This document shows positions 38,093 to 39,590 of a stretch of DNA of 39,590 nt, piece after piece. Under the pieces are notes generated by a model. The model was not told the DNA's origin. It was given only the letters and a program-made list of their open reading frames with translations, and did no database searches. The stretch's first letter is position 1. Each line of letters opens with the position of its first letter. The translations under genes were made by a program, and so were the position numbers. This DNA comes from a virus (lineage: Duplodnaviria > Caudoviricetes), in IMG/VR virus record IMGVR_UViG_3300032234_001100, positions 1-39,590 of that record. One strand, given 5' to 3'.

Positions 38093-39261
38093 TGCCGAGC
38101 ACTATCCTGCTCAAGAGGTCTTCGACCGCTTCGAGCGTGCCGGTAGCGGGATCGCTGCAGGCGGGCGAACTCGCCGTCAATCTCGTCGACCAGAAGCTCT
38201 ATTCGAAGACAGCAGCTGGAACCGTCGTGCAGGTGGGCTTTGGCAATCTGACATCTGGCATGGTCACGACCGCGCTCGGCTTCACTCCGCCTTCGCGCAG
38301 CAATTTTGCCGCCAACGCCCAGGCATCGGTGAGTGCTGCGGACATCCGCAATCTTGCAAACCCGTTAACGGGTCTCGGATACGGTGCGGGGGTCCGATTT
38401 AGGTTTTCGTCACTCAACGACGACAGCGCCGCGCCCTACGCTGATGTGATCGATCTATCGACGTACATTGATGGCACGGGCGGCGGGTACAATGCTCTCT
38501 ACTTCGGAAAGAGCTCCCAGACGATTCTGCACAAATATGCTGCCGCTGGTGCGACGTCCTGGACGGTAAAGACACTTGGCTATGCTGACGGATCCAATGC
38601 GTCTGGCACCTGGGGGATCTCGATCACCGGTTCCTCAGGATCCTGCGCCGGCAATGCCGCGACAGCGACTAGGTGGGCCACCGGGCGCACCATTTCGCTG
38701 ACCGGCGATGTGACCGGGACGAGCGGCAGCTTCGATGGCTCTGGCAATCTTTCGTTCGCCGCCTCGCTCGCTAACAGCGGCGTGACGGCAGGGACCTACC
38801 TCAAGGTCACCGTAGACGCCAAAGGGCGGGTGACAGCGGGTTCTTCGATGACGTCGGGCGATGTGACCGGCGCACTGGGCTTCACGCCGGCCAACAAGGC
38901 AGGCGAAAGCTTCATTGGCAGCATCTCAGTGTCGGGGACAATCACCGCAACTGGCGATGTGACGGCGTTTTCCGATGCTAGGGTTAAGACCGACGTGGAG
39001 ACGGTTTCTGACGCCTTAGATCGCGTCCGCAAGCTTCGTGGGGTGACCTTCACTCGTCTTGACACGGGCAATCGCGGCATTGGCTTAATTGCCCAGGAAT
39101 TGGCTCCCATCGTGCCGGAGGTGGTCATGACCCATGAAGACGGCCTCATGTCCGTTGCCTACGGCAACCTTACTGCATTGTTGATTGAGGCGGTTAAGGA
39201 GCTCAGCTGCAAGGTTGAGCAGCTCTCATATGACCAGAGGCATCCGATCGGCACTGGCTGA
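38092..39261 (+). CDS. Fibre protein with C-terminal S74 chaperone
   Basis: GELAVNLVDQKLY N-domain; VTAFSDARVKTDV...GLIAQEL...VAYGNL. Confidence 0.88.
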   Translation: MPSTILLKRSSTASSVPVAGSLQAGELAVNLVDQKLYSKTAAGTVVQVGFGNLTSGMVTTALGFTPPSRSNFAANAQASVSAADIRNLANPLTGLGYGAGVRFRFSSLNDDSAAPYADVIDLSTYIDGTGGGYNALYFGKSSQTILHKYAAAGATSWTVKTLGYADGSNASGTWGISITGSSGSCAGNAATATRWATGRTISLTGDVTGTSGSFDGSGNLSFAASLANSGVTAGTYLKVTVDAKGRVTAGSSMTSGDVTGALGFTPANKAGESFIGSISVSGTITATGDVTAFSDARVKTDVETVSDALDRVRKLRGVTFTRLDTGNRGIGLIAQELAPIVPEVVMTHEDGLMSVAYGNLTALLIEAVKELSCKVEQLSYDQRHPIGTG

Positions 39262-39422
39262 CTTATGTGTTATACCAACCTGCATTGATCACAACTCACT
39301 GGCCCATTTACGATGACCGATGGTCGTAATGCGCCAAGGCTGATCTATGAGTTTGTTCCATAACTCCTCGTCCAGCCAAGGATGCATAAGGCCATAAACT
39401 CTAACTGCAAATGATCCAAAAT

Positions 39423-39590
39423 TCAGGTGGCAGAGCAAGGACGATCTAAGTGTTTGGCGCCACGCACATGCCCATATTTCTGGTCACGGTGTTCGCCAAA
39501 AACGATAAGGACAATTTGAGCAAGGCCGAGCAGGCCGCAGCGATCCAACTGAACAAAATTCTGCTTGGCACATACGGAGACAGACAATGA
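39423..39590 (+). pseudogene. Truncated RelE/HigB2-type toxin
   Basis: SGGRARTI*VFGATHMPIFLVTVFAKNDKDNLSKAE with in-frame TAA at 39447; no recognisable 5' half; ends in ATGA. Confidence 0.7.

Larger units (their letters stand above)
5859..39590 (+). mobile_element. HK97-like siphovirus prophage (ends not visible; 1-5858 may be its left accessory arm)
   Basis: Ordered repressor, replication, packaging, head, tail, lysis and fibre modules. Confidence 0.93.

Noticed and set aside
33732-39261. Diversity-generating retroelement or invertible fibre cassette
   Set aside because: No reverse transcriptase or invertase seen; shared fibre blocks differ at many synonymous positions rather than adenine-specifically; all fibre genes are on one strand
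1-39590. Integrase, att sites, tRNA or IS elements
   Set aside because: No recombinase or transposase motifs in the ORF track and no tRNA or att duplication spotted by eye; they may lie outside the window

Overview
This window is almost entirely a temperate HK97-like siphovirus prophage in a GC-rich alphaproteobacterium. The host class is supported by two GAAC-N7-GAAC LexA boxes; a sphingomonad host is only an impression. Left to right: accessory/defence genes (membrane protein, stand-alone nucleotidyltransferase, IetAS AAA-ATPase + S8 protease); immunity region (S24 CI-like repressor and a divergent regulator behind a LexA box); early operon (HTH, PD-(D/E)XK nuclease, SSB-like protein, primase-helicase, iteron-like array, RuvC-like resolvase); putative late regulator; a DUF3800 moron with a convergent structured ncRNA candidate; HNH, ParB-methyltransferase, HigBA; terminase, portal, protease, capsid, neck and tail genes (RES-Xre TA inserted, -1 frameshift chaperone); lysis genes; a second fibre cluster; and a broken RelE/HigB-type gene. 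No integrase, att site, tRNA, CRISPR or reverse transcriptase was seen. Top candidate: the DUF3800 protein plus a convergent small RNA (13968-14922). Also notable are a LexA-gated activator with an ATCCCAC box array, a chained DGGxF-linked fibre module and a displaced adhesin-like gene. All family calls come from motif recognition by eye; no searches were run.
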